DNA of 64,000 bases from Vulcanimicrobiota bacterium (GTDB taxonomy: Bacteria; Vulcanimicrobiota; Xenobia; Xenobiales; JADMJV01). Positions 30,874 to 40,652 of this stretch are shown here, in pieces. The stretch is taken from the NCBI GenBank assembly GCA_050250895.1, contig JBFWNU010000008.1, positions 96,001 through 160,000 on the forward strand. Direction: 5' to 3'. Each line of letters begins with the position of its first letter. Positions within the stretch are counted from its first letter, which is position 1. A program made the translations under genes and the position numbers. The notes beneath the pieces are model-generated. The model did not search any database. It worked only from the letters and a program-made list of their open reading frames with translations, and was not told the origin of the DNA.

Positions 30874-31506
30874 ATGCGGTATTGGATAGTACTTCTCATG
30901 ACGGCGGCCCTGACGGCTTGTGCTCCGCCCCCGGCTCCCGGGTCTACCCCCAGCCCGGTGGCTCCGACTCCGTCGGCCCAGGAGCGGGCCCAGGCCTTTG
31001 CCGCCGAGATCGTTGCCTGGAAAACCCCGGAAGAAGCCTGGGCGAGGGTGCATCCCGAGTGCGTCAAGTTGCTCGAAGGCGACAAGAGAGCCGTGGTCGA
31101 GAAAGATATCGACTTCTGGCTCAACTTCAAAGGTCACAAAGACACGCAGCTCATGGGCTATCAAGAGCAAACCTCGGCTTGGAAGACCTATCCGGTCAAA
31201 CCCGATTTCGTGCTGGTCTACGAGAAGGTCCCGGTCTGGCCCATTGTCGAGCAGGATGGCCAGTGGTTCGTGAGCCTGGGAATACCCACCGATGCGGCCC
31301 TGCAGGCCGAGCGCGAGGTCAAGCTCAGTGAGCCCGAAGCCCAGGCAGTGGCCAAGAAGGCTCTCGCCGAGCTGTCGCCCGAGCTGCGTCAGGAGCTCAA
31401 GACGCTGCTCAAAGAAGACAAGCTCATCGCTGCCATCAAGCGCTTTCGTGAGGTCCACCCGCATTCGCTGCGAGTCTGCAAACTGGTAATCGACCAGCTT
31501 CGCTGA
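30874..31506 (+). CDS. Hypothetical lipoprotein with a C-terminal L7/L12-like helical motif
   Basis: Lipobox LTAC; KLIAAIKRFREV...CKLVID. Confidence 0.65.
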   Translation: MRYWIVLLMTAALTACAPPPAPGSTPSPVAPTPSAQERAQAFAAEIVAWKTPEEAWARVHPECVKLLEGDKRAVVEKDIDFWLNFKGHKDTQLMGYQEQTSAWKTYPVKPDFVLVYEKVPVWPIVEQDGQWFVSLGIPTDAALQAEREVKLSEPEAQAVAKKALAELSPELRQELKTLLKEDKLIAAIKRFREVHPHSLRVCKLVIDQLR

Positions 31507-31551
31507 GGAAGGCCCGTTGGGCCGCCCCCTGTCGCCGCGCTAGCGACGAGA

Positions 31552-32772
31552 TTAGATACGCCAGGCGCGTTCGAGTACGGCGCCCGAGTTGAGAATGCCG
31601 GCTCCTAGCAGGCTGTCGTCACTCTCCATCGGCGTGCAGGCTTCGGCCAGCAGGTCATAGATTTCGTCGATTTCGAGTTCGGGTCGCATGATCCGCAGGC
31701 GCACATAGAGAGCGCTCACCTGGGGGGCGGCGTACGAGGTACCGTCGAGACCGGCATGGAGCACTCGCATCCCGTTGACCGCGAGATCGGCGCCCGGGCT
31801 CGAGAAGTAGGCGGGTTCGACCGAATTTCCCGAGCTGTGTTCGCTGGCTCCGACCATCAGGTTGTAGTCGTTGCAGAACCAGGACAGGTGAAACTCTTCT
31901 GGCAGTTTGACGCCCAGGCGGAGCAGCGCCTGCAGCTGGTGGCCGCCGTTGCCGGCCGCGATGAAGTAGCCGATGTCCTGTTCGAATGCCTTTTCAGACA
32001 ATACATAGTGGCGGTCGCGGTGCCATTTGACCAGGTCACTCTGGTGCTGCAACGACCAGACATGCTCGGCCACGGCCTCGATGAACTCCACCACGTTCGC
32101 GGTGGCGCCCAGCCCGAGATGGAGCCCGAGCTGGAGTCCGAAGGTGGTGCGTACCACCGGCTTGTTGACCATTACATCCACGCCTGAGAGTTCGAGCAGG
32201 CTCATGGTGGCTTGGAGCGGGCTGACTGCCTGCGACTGGTTGATGGCCCGCAAATGGGGATAGCGGTCCGAGGTCAGCAGTTCGAGGTGGGTGTTGGTCA
32301 TGGCCAACCCGGCCGCCGGAAACTTCTCGACGTAGGCATAGAGGGTCTGGCCGAAGTGTTCGGGTGAGGCGCTCACCAGTTGGCGGGCCAGGGGGTCCAT
32401 GCGCGGCGTGTTCTGAAAACGAGCAAATCCCCGCCCGAGGCCGCTGAAGGAAGAGAGGATGGTCTCGACAACGCGGCCGTGGTTGGAGCCTTCAAAGTCG
32501 TCGAGAACGGCCACCATGGCGTAGGGATTGTAGTCTCCCACCAGTTGGGCCTGGGTGGCCTGGCTCATCACCCAGTCCTGGGTGTCAAAAACGCAAGCAT
32601 CGGGTGATTGAAAGAAGTTCAGGAAGGCATAAGTGTCGTCGTCGGGGTCGCAGTGGACGTTACCGTTCTGGAAGACGTTGGTGAGGTCCGAACCGAGGGA
32701 TTCGGTTTCTTCGCTTGACCAGCTCGGACTGATGGCCCAGCTTCTTTGGTTGGGGTGGGTTGGCGTGCTCAC
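31552..32772 (-). CDS. S8 (subtilisin-like) serine peptidase; start uncertain
   Basis: VAVLDD, NHG, IAAGNGG, GTSYAAPQV; the ORF N-terminus overlapping purD was trimmed. Confidence 0.75.
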   Translation of the reverse strand: MSTPTHPNQRSWAISPSWSSEETESLGSDLTNVFQNGNVHCDPDDDTYAFLNFFQSPDACVFDTQDWVMSQATQAQLVGDYNPYAMVAVLDDFEGSNHGRVVETILSSFSGLGRGFARFQNTPRMDPLARQLVSASPEHFGQTLYAYVEKFPAAGLAMTNTHLELLTSDRYPHLRAINQSQAVSPLQATMSLLELSGVDVMVNKPVVRTTFGLQLGLHLGLGATANVVEFIEAVAEHVWSLQHQSDLVKWHRDRHYVLSEKAFEQDIGYFIAAGNGGHQLQALLRLGVKLPEEFHLSWFCNDYNLMVGASEHSSGNSVEPAYFSSPGADLAVNGMRVLHAGLDGTSYAAPQVSALYVRLRIMRPELEIDEIYDLLAEACTPMESDDSLLGAGILNSGAVLERAWRI

Positions 32773-32896
32773 AATCCCATGGTAGAGAATTGCAATCTCG
32801 ATTTTCCCTCGAGTGGACGAAAATTGTTGAAAACATGTGAGAGAAATGTGAACAGCTTTCGGTAGGAGGTGTCCCTTCGGCCAAGAAGCGGCCGGC

Positions 32897-34132
32897 ATGA
32901 AAGTCCTGGTTATCGGCTCGGGGGGCCGCGAGCACGCACTGGCCCATACTTTGTCGCATTCTCCTTCGGTGGAGTTGGTGGATGTCAGCCCCGGCAACGG
33001 CGGCACCTGGTGGGACGCCGGTGGGCGGGCCGCCTGCCGCAGTCTGGCCGAGGCTGACCCGAAGCAATACGATCTGGTGGTCATCGGGCCCGAGGCGCCG
33101 CTGGCTGATGGGCTGGCCGATCGTCTGTTAGAGGCCGGAGTGCCGGTCTTCGGGCCCACCCGGGCGGCCGCCCGCATCGAGACCTCGAAGCGGTTCGCCA
33201 AAGAGCTGATGCGCTCGCTCGACGTGCCCACTGCCGACTTCGTGGTCTGTGAGACCTACCAGCAGGCCCGGGCCGAACTCGAGCGGTTCGGCGCGCCAGT
33301 GGTGATCAAGGCGGATGGATTGGCAGCCGGAAAGGGCGTGGGGGTGTTCGAACAGATGGGACCGGCCCAAGAGTTCTTGCACTCGTTGATGGATAGCGAG
33401 AAATTTGGCCAGGCCGGGCAGACGGTGTTGCTCGAAGAGCGGTTGGAGGGTCCCGAGCTTTCGGTGCTGGCCTTCTGCGACGGCAAGAAGGCCGTGCAGA
33501 TGCCCGCCGCTCGCGACCACAAACGCCTCGAAGAGGGTGACCGTGGGCCGAACACCGGTGGCATGGGAGCTTTCTCGCCGGTGCCCGGTGTCGACGTCGA
33601 GTTGCTGGCCCAGGTCCAGGAGGAGATTTTCGACCCGGTCATGGCCGCCTTGGCCGCTCGAGGCTGTCCCTTCGTGGGAGTGCTCTATGCCGGGCTCATT
33701 CTGACCGCGTCTGGCCCCAAGGTTCTCGAGTTCAACTGTCGCTTCGGCGATCCCGAGACCCAGGTGGTATTGCCCTTGTTCGAGGGCGACCTGGCCCGAT
33801 TGATGCTGGCCTGCACTCGCGGCAAGCTCGACCCCACCCTGTTGCGCTGGAGCAAGGACACGTGCGCGGCCGTGGTCATGGCTTCGGCCGGCTATCCGGA
33901 GTCGGCCCAGAAGGGAGTGCCCATCCAGTTGCCCGAGGAGGGCCTGATCTTCCACGCCGGCACGGCCAGGGGCCCCGAGGGGCTGGTGACGGCCGGCGGT
34001 AGGGTTCTGGCTGCGGTGGGGCGAGGTCAGGATCTGGGCCAGGCTCTAGAGGCGGCCTACGCGCTGGTCGAGCAAGTCCATTTCGAAGGCGCCGTCTATC
34101 GCAAGGACATTGGCAAGGTCGCAGTTTCTTGA
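32897..34132 (+). CDS. purD: Phosphoribosylamine-glycine ligase
   Basis: GSGGREHAL, KADGLAAGKGV, GPNTGGMG, EFNCRFGDPE. Confidence 0.97.
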   Translation: MKVLVIGSGGREHALAHTLSHSPSVELVDVSPGNGGTWWDAGGRAACRSLAEADPKQYDLVVIGPEAPLADGLADRLLEAGVPVFGPTRAAARIETSKRFAKELMRSLDVPTADFVVCETYQQARAELERFGAPVVIKADGLAAGKGVGVFEQMGPAQEFLHSLMDSEKFGQAGQTVLLEERLEGPELSVLAFCDGKKAVQMPAARDHKRLEEGDRGPNTGGMGAFSPVPGVDVELLAQVQEEIFDPVMAALAARGCPFVGVLYAGLILTASGPKVLEFNCRFGDPETQVVLPLFEGDLARLMLACTRGKLDPTLLRWSKDTCAAVVMASAGYPESAQKGVPIQLPEEGLIFHAGTARGPEGLVTAGGRVLAAVGRGQDLGQALEAAYALVEQVHFEGAVYRKDIGKVAVS

Positions 34133-35139
34133 GCCAGGCTTATCGTCAAGCCGGCGTCGATCTCGAGGCCGGGGCCCGGGCCGTGGCCTCGATGGCCGAG
34201 GTCGTTTCAGCCACCTATACCGACGAGGTCCTGTCCAAAGTTGGCAGTTTCGGGGGTCTTTTTGACGCGGGCCGGTTGGCCGGCCTCAAAGACCCGGTGC
34301 TGGTCGCTTCCACCGATGGGGTAGGGACCAAGGTCAAAGTGGCTCAGGCCATGGGCCGCTGGGACTCGATCGGACGCGACCTGGTCCACCATTGCATCAA
34401 CGACATCCTGGTCCAGGGCGCCCGCCCCCTCTTCTTTTTGGATTTTCTCGGCTGTGAGAAGCTGGTACCCGAGCAAGCGGCGGCAGTGGTCGGGGGAGTT
34501 GCGCGAGCCTGTGGCGACTATGGATGCCCGCTGTTGGGTGGCGAGACGGCCGAGATGGCCGATGTCTATCGAGAGGGCCAGCTCGAACTGGTGGGTACGA
34601 TTGTAGGGGTGGTTCCCCGGGCCGAGATCATCGATGGCTCTCGCTTGAGCGAAGGAGATGCCCTGCTCGCCTGGCCGTCATCCGGCTTGCACACCAACGG
34701 CTACACCCTGGCCCGCAAAGTGCTGGCCGACCTTGATTGGAACGAGCCCAACGACCAGCTGGGCTGCTCGATCGGGCAAGCGCTGTTGGCCGTGCATCGT
34801 TGCTATCTCGATTCGGCCGAGATCGCCCTCGAAGCCGGCATCGACCTCAAGGGGCTCGCCCACATCACGGGGGGTGGGATCCCGGGCAATCTCAGCCGCA
34901 TCATGCCTGAGGGTTTGACGGCCGAGGTTGATCTGAGCAAGGTCGTGGCGCCGCCGATCTTTGACCTGATCGCCGAAAAGGGTTCCCTCGAGCGCCAGGA
35001 CATGCTGGCGGCTTTCAACCTGGGGGTCGGGATGATCGCGGTGGTGCCGGCCGAGCAAGCGCGCCGGGCCCGCGAAGTGGTGCCCGAACTAATTCCGGTC
35101 GGGCAGGTGGTGGCCGGCACCGAGATGATCGTGCGTTGA
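34129..35139 (+). CDS. purM: Phosphoribosylformylglycinamidine cyclo-ligase
   Basis: STDGVGTK, GGETAEM, SSGLHTNGY, AHITGGG. Confidence 0.96.
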   Translation: MSQAYRQAGVDLEAGARAVASMAEVVSATYTDEVLSKVGSFGGLFDAGRLAGLKDPVLVASTDGVGTKVKVAQAMGRWDSIGRDLVHHCINDILVQGARPLFFLDFLGCEKLVPEQAAAVVGGVARACGDYGCPLLGGETAEMADVYREGQLELVGTIVGVVPRAEIIDGSRLSEGDALLAWPSSGLHTNGYTLARKVLADLDWNEPNDQLGCSIGQALLAVHRCYLDSAEIALEAGIDLKGLAHITGGGIPGNLSRIMPEGLTAEVDLSKVVAPPIFDLIAEKGSLERQDMLAAFNLGVGMIAVVPAEQARRAREVVPELIPVGQVVAGTEMIVR

Positions 35140-35693
35140 AGCGCCTGGTGGTGCTGGTTTCAGGCTCGGGCAGCAATCTTCAGGCTTTGCTTGATAGCCA
35201 GTCAGAGTTAGAAGCCAGGGTGGTGCTGGTGGTCTCGAATCGGCCGGGTGTGCGCGCCCTACAAAGGGCTGCCGAGGCCGGGGTCGAGACCTGTGTGCTC
35301 GAGGCCGAGCCCGACCGTGCTGCCTATGACTGCAAACTCGCCGCCCGCGTGGCCCAGGCCGCGCCCGACCTGGTGGTATTGGCTGGCTTCATGCGCATTC
35401 TTGGGGACCGGTTTCTGGAGCGGTTCCCGGGCCGCGTGATCAATCTTCACCCCGCCCTGCCAGGTCACTATCCCGGTCTGGACGCCATCGGGCGGGCCTT
35501 TCGGGACGGCCGGTCCGAGACCGGCTGCATGGTGCACTATGTGGTGCCTGAGGTCGATGCCGGTCCGGTGATCGCCAGCGAGAAAGTCGCGATCCATGCT
35601 CAAGACACCCTGGAGAGTCTGACCGAGCGGATGCATCAGGTCGAGCATGCCTTGCTGGTTCGAGCCGTGGCCCTCGCCCTGCGCCATGGCTGA
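35136..35693 (+). CDS. purN: Phosphoribosylglycinamide formyltransferase
   Basis: SGSGSNLQA, LAGFMRIL, NLHPALP, EVDAGP. Confidence 0.96.
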   Translation: MKRLVVLVSGSGSNLQALLDSQSELEARVVLVVSNRPGVRALQRAAEAGVETCVLEAEPDRAAYDCKLAARVAQAAPDLVVLAGFMRILGDRFLERFPGRVINLHPALPGHYPGLDAIGRAFRDGRSETGCMVHYVVPEVDAGPVIASEKVAIHAQDTLESLTERMHQVEHALLVRAVALALRHG

Positions 35694-36345
35694 GAGCTGG
35701 GACCCCCAGGTTCAGCGTGCCGGCCTGCGCGGCTTTGCCCGCATTCGGGCCGTGTTATGGGAGCGTTCGCTGGGCTTTTACGAATGGTTCTGCCTCGGCC
35801 GCTTCGACTGGTGGTGGAAGCTGCGCCGGGCCATGCGGCTGGCTTTTCGCGATTGTGACCCTATCGAGCTGGCCAATCGCTATTATCCAGAGCTGGTCTA
35901 TGGCGAAACGCCGCCGGTCACTATCTATAGCCTGCTCGGTTCGCTCGAACTGCCGCTTGCTTTACGGTTGGTGGACCTTGGCTGCGGCTGTGGGTGGGTC
36001 AGTCTGACCGCCGCCTCGATGGGCTATGCGGCGGTGGGTGTCGACCTGGTCCCCGAATACCTGGAACGAGCCCGCCAGGTAGCCACCCGGCTGGATTTGC
36101 CGGCCGAATTCGTGAAGGCTGACCTGACCCGCCTGGACTTGCCCGAGGGCGACCTCTATTGGGTGTCGGCTACGGCTCTGCCGGAGCCGGTCAAAGCTCA
36201 CCTGGCCCAGGCCCTCTCGTCCCGGCCGGCGGGCACGCTGGCGGTGTGCCAGGATTGGTCCCCCGGTCCACCGCTGGAGCGCATCTGGCAGGTGCGGTTG
36301 CCGGTCAGCTTCGGCATTTCTACCTTCGAGGTGTGGCGCGTCTAG
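35686..36345 (+). CDS. Class I SAM-dependent methyltransferase
   Basis: YGET and LVDLGCGCG motif I, GVDL; ATG overlaps the purN end. Confidence 0.78.
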   Translation: MAESWDPQVQRAGLRGFARIRAVLWERSLGFYEWFCLGRFDWWWKLRRAMRLAFRDCDPIELANRYYPELVYGETPPVTIYSLLGSLELPLALRLVDLGCGCGWVSLTAASMGYAAVGVDLVPEYLERARQVATRLDLPAEFVKADLTRLDLPEGDLYWVSATALPEPVKAHLAQALSSRPAGTLAVCQDWSPGPPLERIWQVRLPVSFGISTFEVWRV

Positions 36346-37856
36346 TGGCGAAATCGCCGCTGGCCGGTGAACGCCATGGCGATTCCCAGGCGATCGCAGG
36401 CTTCGATCACTTCGGGGTCGCGCAGCGAGCCGCCGGGCTGGACGATGTAGCCGACTCCCGCGGCGGCCGCCGCCTCGATGTTGTCGGCGAACGGAAAGAA
36501 GGCGTCCGAGGCCAACACCGCTCCTTCTAGGCTGGTGCCGTTGGCCCGCCGCAAAGCGATTTCGACGGCGTCCACGCGATTGGGCTGGCCACCGCCCAGG
36601 CCCAACGTGACCAGGCCCCCCGGGGCGGCTGCGGCCAGGGCGATGGCATTGGACTTCAGGCAGCCGGCCGCGGTCATGGCAAAGTCGGCCAGGGGGCCCA
36701 GACTGTCAGGAAAGGGCTTGCGAGTGACCGTTTCTAGCTTGAAGGCGTCGGGCCGGTCAGGTTGCTGCAAAAGGACTCGTCCCTGACGACCCACCCACTG
36801 GTGGCTGAAGGCGGCCGGCACCTTCCCCTCCGGGGGCATCACCACCAAGAGGCGAAGATTGCCTTTGGCGGCTAGCGTCGCGAGCGCCTCGGGCGAGAAG
36901 GCCGGGGCCGCGATGACCTCCACAAAACGCCCTTCGAAGGCGGCGGCGGCCGTCTGATCGACCTCGCTCGAGAAGGCCACCACCGAGCCGAAGGCACTCT
37001 TGGAGTCGGCTTCCCAGGCCAGTTCGAAGGCCTGGGCGGCGGTGGCGGCCTGGGCCAATCCGCAGGGAGCCGCATGCTTGACCACGCAGCAACGAATCGA
37101 CCCCGGCTCGAGCGGCATGAGAGCCGCCTCCAGGTCGAGCAGATTGTTGTAGGAGAGTTCTTTGCCTTGCAACTGAGTGAAGGCCGGGGGCTGTCCGGCC
37201 AGGCGATAGCTGGCCGCCCCTTGATGAGGATTCTCGCCATAGCGCAGGGTTTGTTCGCGCTCGAGCGGGATGCTCAACTGGGCGGGGAAGGGGTCGGGCT
37301 CGAGCGCGGCCGCAATCTGAGCGTCGTAGCTGGCGGTGTGAGCGAAGGCCAGATTGCGCAGGCGGGTGCGCGTAGCCGCCGTAACGGGTTGTTCAGCCAG
37401 CACCTGGGCGTAGTCCTGGGGGCGACAGAGCACCACTACATTGTCGCTGTTCTTGGCTGCTGCCCTCAGCAAGGTAGGGCCGCCAACATCGATCTGCTCC
37501 ACCCATTCTTGCTGATCCGAGCTGGACTGATAGGTCTGGGCGAAGGGATAGAGGTTGACCACCACCAGGTCGATGGGAGGGATATCAAGACGAGCCGCGT
37601 CCTGGTCGTCGATGCCTCGACGATAGAGGATACCGCCGTGAACCCTGGGGTGGAGTGTCTTGATTCGTCCCCCGAACGATTCGGGGAAGCCGGTGTATTC
37701 TTCGATGTCGGTCACTGCGACCCCGAACCCGCGCAGCGCTTTGGCCGTGCCACCGGTGGACAACACCTGAGGGGGCGGGTTCTGGGCCAGCAGGGCGGCT
37801 GCCAGAAGGTCGAGACTCGTCTTGTCTGATACGGAAATCAGCGCGCGTGCGAACAT
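36342..37856 (-). CDS. purH: Bifunctional AICAR transformylase/IMP cyclohydrolase
   Basis: ALISVSDK, GRIKTLHP, LRYGENPHQ, ASDAFFPF, IVQPGGS; start MFARALIS. Confidence 0.96.
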   Translation of the reverse strand: MFARALISVSDKTSLDLLAAALLAQNPPPQVLSTGGTAKALRGFGVAVTDIEEYTGFPESFGGRIKTLHPRVHGGILYRRGIDDQDAARLDIPPIDLVVVNLYPFAQTYQSSSDQQEWVEQIDVGGPTLLRAAAKNSDNVVVLCRPQDYAQVLAEQPVTAATRTRLRNLAFAHTASYDAQIAAALEPDPFPAQLSIPLEREQTLRYGENPHQGAASYRLAGQPPAFTQLQGKELSYNNLLDLEAALMPLEPGSIRCCVVKHAAPCGLAQAATAAQAFELAWEADSKSAFGSVVAFSSEVDQTAAAAFEGRFVEVIAAPAFSPEALATLAAKGNLRLLVVMPPEGKVPAAFSHQWVGRQGRVLLQQPDRPDAFKLETVTRKPFPDSLGPLADFAMTAAGCLKSNAIALAAAAPGGLVTLGLGGGQPNRVDAVEIALRRANGTSLEGAVLASDAFFPFADNIEAAAAAGVGYIVQPGGSLRDPEVIEACDRLGIAMAFTGQRRFRH

Positions 37857-37969
37857 CGGGCCGCCTTCTGGCCCCAGTGGGGTGATCCTTCCGGGGGTTT
37901 TACCTGGCGGCAAGGAATCGAGGGGGTTCTCCAAAGTCTGGTCCAAACTGCTGGCCCTATCATGAGAGT

Positions 37970-38599
37970 ATGAGGATTCCAGGTTTTGACCCCGCCCGCC
38001 GCGCTAAACGACTGGCCGCTCGAGAGCAGGTCCGCCAACTGGCCCAGGACGAGTTTCAATACAGCCGCCCCAAGATGGTGGGTGCCTGGGCCGCCGCCGG
38101 TGCCGCCAGTGCGGCCGCTGGAGTCGGGATCGGGCAGGCCTGGAAGGCCCTGGCTCTGCCGACCAACTTTGGGCCGGCGGGAATGATGATCGGGGGGGCG
38201 CTGGGGGCAGCGGCCACTTACTGGGCCCTGGGCGACAAGACCGATAGGACCGTGCGACTCGGGGTCTCGGCCGCGGTCGGGGTGGCCTCGGCGGTGGCCT
38301 GGCACAGTCTCGGTTTGGCCGGGTTACAAGAAGGAATGGGTATGGCCGTGGGTGGGGCCATCGGCGCCTATGTCGGCGCCAAATCGGCGCCCGAGGGCTC
38401 GTCCTGGTGGGAGCACGCGGCCGCGGCCACCTATGGCGTCGGCATCTGCCACGTGGCCGGCATCGTGGGAGCCACCGGCAGTGTGGCCGGCATGGTGGGC
38501 GCGTCGCTGTTTCCGGTGTTGACCGGCGCCTCGGGTTATCTGCTGAGCGGGGTCAATATCCGCGGTAAGGTGCGGGAACTGATGCACTCAGCGCACTAG
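37970..38599 (+). CDS. Hypothetical Gly/Ala-rich membrane (glycine-zipper-like) protein
   Basis: Several GxxxG-rich hydrophobic helices; no signal peptide. Confidence 0.6.
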   Translation: MRIPGFDPARRAKRLAAREQVRQLAQDEFQYSRPKMVGAWAAAGAASAAAGVGIGQAWKALALPTNFGPAGMMIGGALGAAATYWALGDKTDRTVRLGVSAAVGVASAVAWHSLGLAGLQEGMGMAVGGAIGAYVGAKSAPEGSSWWEHAAAATYGVGICHVAGIVGATGSVAGMVGASLFPVLTGASGYLLSGVNIRGKVRELMHSAH

Positions 38600-39547
38600 T
38601 TCCAGTTGCCCCTCCAGGTCGTCTAGCTCGCGGCGCCAGAAGCCGTGCGACTCGACATCGGGATAGAGTCGAAAGAAGGCCGGGTCCTTGCGTCGCTTGG
38701 CCACCCAGGCGGCATGGCGAACGAACTTGAGGGCCCGGAGCGGTTCGATCAGTTCCAGTTCTTTGCGGTCGAAGGCTCGATGGCGCTGATAGCTGTCGAG
38801 AAAGACCTCGCGCAGGGCCAGCGCGTCGTTGTCGCGCCCGGGCAACAGCATCCATAGATCTTGCACCGCCGGTCCGGTGGTAGTGTCATCGAAGTCGACA
38901 AAACTCGGACCCAGGCTCGACCACAAAATGTTGCCCCGGTGCAGATCGCCGTGTAGACGCAATTGCTGGTGCCGGTTGAAGCGATCCTTTAGCCGAGAGC
39001 AGAGGGTTTGGACCCGCTCTTGATAGCGCTGCCAGATGGGTCCGGGCACGACCTTCTCGCGGGCCAGCTCCTGCAGGCTTTTGAGGCCCCAGTCCGCCGG
39101 GCCGACGCTAGGCCGGCGGCGATGGCGTCCTCGAGCACCGACTTGATGCAGGCGCGCCACCAGGCCGCCCAACAGGTCGGCGTGCTCGAAGTCGACCTCA
39201 TCAGGCATACGCCCCAGGTGGTGAGGAAAGATGGTGAAAAAGATGCCCTCCACCTGACCCACGGTGGCCCCGTTCTCGAGCTCGACCGGCGGGCGCACCG
39301 GCAGGTCGGCCTCGAACAACTCGTCCATGAAGTCGTGCTCTTCCTCGAGGGCGGCCCGGCTCCAGCGGCCGGGGCGATAAAACTTACCTACCCAGCGTTC
39401 CCCCTCCAAGTCTTCCACCCCCACCACCCGATTCTCCATCGAGTTGAGCCAGCGCAGGGTGGGGGTGAGCTCGAGTCCGGCCTGGGCAAAGGCCTGGTGG
39501 ATCCGGTCCGGGGTGAGATTGTAGAAATACTCGGTGCTGGTGGCCAT
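38588..39547 (-). CDS. srkA: Stress response kinase SrkA (RdoA/YihE)
   Basis: LTPDRI, NSMENRV, KFYRPGRWS, LHGDLHRGNIL, DFDD, QDLWMLL, DPAF. Confidence 0.88.
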   Translation of the reverse strand: MATSTEYFYNLTPDRIHQAFAQAGLELTPTLRWLNSMENRVVGVEDLEGERWVGKFYRPGRWSRAALEEEHDFMDELFEADLPVRPPVELENGATVGQVEGIFFTIFPHHLGRMPDEVDFEHADLLGGLVARLHQVGARGRHRRRPSVGPADWGLKSLQELAREKVVPGPIWQRYQERVQTLCSRLKDRFNRHQQLRLHGDLHRGNILWSSLGPSFVDFDDTTTGPAVQDLWMLLPGRDNDALALREVFLDSYQRHRAFDRKELELIEPLRALKFVRHAAWVAKRRKDPAFFRLYPDVESHGFWRRELDDLEGQLELVR

Positions 39548-39605
39548 GGGCGGCCCTTCCTCTAGCTTCAGGGAAAGCCTGCCGGGTCCGGCGAAACCGG
39601 TTCGG

Positions 39606-40652
39606 ATGCGCGAAGAGCTAGCCAGGCTACTGGGGCAACTCGAGGGCGATACTGCTCGAGTCCGGGGTCGTTTCACCTTTGACCCGGTGGTCGGCTTACG
39701 CCGGTTGGCCCAGGACCGCTTTCGCCAGCCCGAGAGCTATCTGTTGGCGCTGGTCCAGGCAGCCGTGGCGGCCGGGGCCCGTCGCTTTGAGCTCGAGCGT
39801 CATCCCCTCTACGCCTGCGCCTGTTGGGATGGAGACAGCAGTCGCCTGGAGCCGCTCGCGACCTGTCTGCGGTCACTGACGGCCGAACATTTGCTGTTCT
39901 GGCCTATGGTGGGCGCGGCCGCCAGCGGGGCCTCGAGAGTGTTATTACAGACCCGGGCCCAGTCTCAGGCTCTTTTGATCGAGCCCGGCCGGTTGGAGAT
40001 GGTCGAATTGCCAAGCCGCCGTCCCGAGTTGGGCTGGAGCCATCGACTGCTGTTGTCATTTGCGGCCGGTCGAGGCTTCCGTAAGGTTCCCACCGAGTTG
40101 TCGGTGCTGCGCGAGCGGTGCCTTTTCGCGCCGCTTCGGCTCAGCTGCAACGGCTCGCCGCTCGAGCCCGAAGTCGGGAAGCCGGGCCGTAGCTGGCCCT
40201 GGAAGGCCCGGCCCGGAGTGCTGCTGGAGTGGGTCTATCCGGGTTGGGGACTGTATCTGCCAGCCGTCAAAGGGCAGCTGCGCGAGCTGCGCCCCGAGGG
40301 CCCGGGCTCGGCCCGGGTCGCTTTGCCGCCCCAGGGCACCCGCAGCTACGGAGCCTGGCTGGCCCTCGAGAGCGACCTGTCACCGGGCCTGGAGTGTCGG
40401 GTCGTCCACCAGGGCGTGGTGGTTGCGCGTACCCTCCTGGCGGCGCGGCTGGGCGGTCTGGCTGTGTGCTCGAGCGAGGGGATGGAGCTCGAGGCGTCGG
40501 GTCTGCGCCTGGTGGACCAGCGCTGGCCAGCCACGGTGACTGTCTTCGAGACGGAGCTCGAACGCCTGATCGAGCGGGCCCGGGGCCTCGGAGACAGCCT
40601 GCCTCTAAGCCCGGCCGGCCGGCGCCGGCTTCAGGCTGAGGCCGGCCAGTAG
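39606..40652 (+). CDS. Hypothetical protein with a degenerate GHKL/Hsp90-like N-terminal segment
   Basis: GRFTFD...P.SYLLALVQAAVAAGA resembles the N-box helix; start ATG 39606. Confidence 0.5.
   Translation: MREELARLLGQLEGDTARVRGRFTFDPVVGLRRLAQDRFRQPESYLLALVQAAVAAGARRFELERHPLYACACWDGDSSRLEPLATCLRSLTAEHLLFWPMVGAAASGASRVLLQTRAQSQALLIEPGRLEMVELPSRRPELGWSHRLLLSFAAGRGFRKVPTELSVLRERCLFAPLRLSCNGSPLEPEVGKPGRSWPWKARPGVLLEWVYPGWGLYLPAVKGQLRELRPEGPGSARVALPPQGTRSYGAWLALESDLSPGLECRVVHQGVVVARTLLAARLGGLAVCSSEGMELEASGLRLVDQRWPATVTVFETELERLIERARGLGDSLPLSPAGRRRLQAEAGQ

Noticed and set aside
32773-33231. N-terminal extension of the S8 ORF (and similar extensions at 17372, 24258, 25448, 37946, 52076)
   Set aside because: These extensions overlap neighbouring genes or promoters; downstream starts with an RBS, signal peptide or family-typical N-terminus fit better
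37857-37969. ZMP/ZTP riboswitch upstream of purH, or a purine riboswitch upstream of purD
   Set aside because: The conserved elements of these aptamers were not recognisable in either leader
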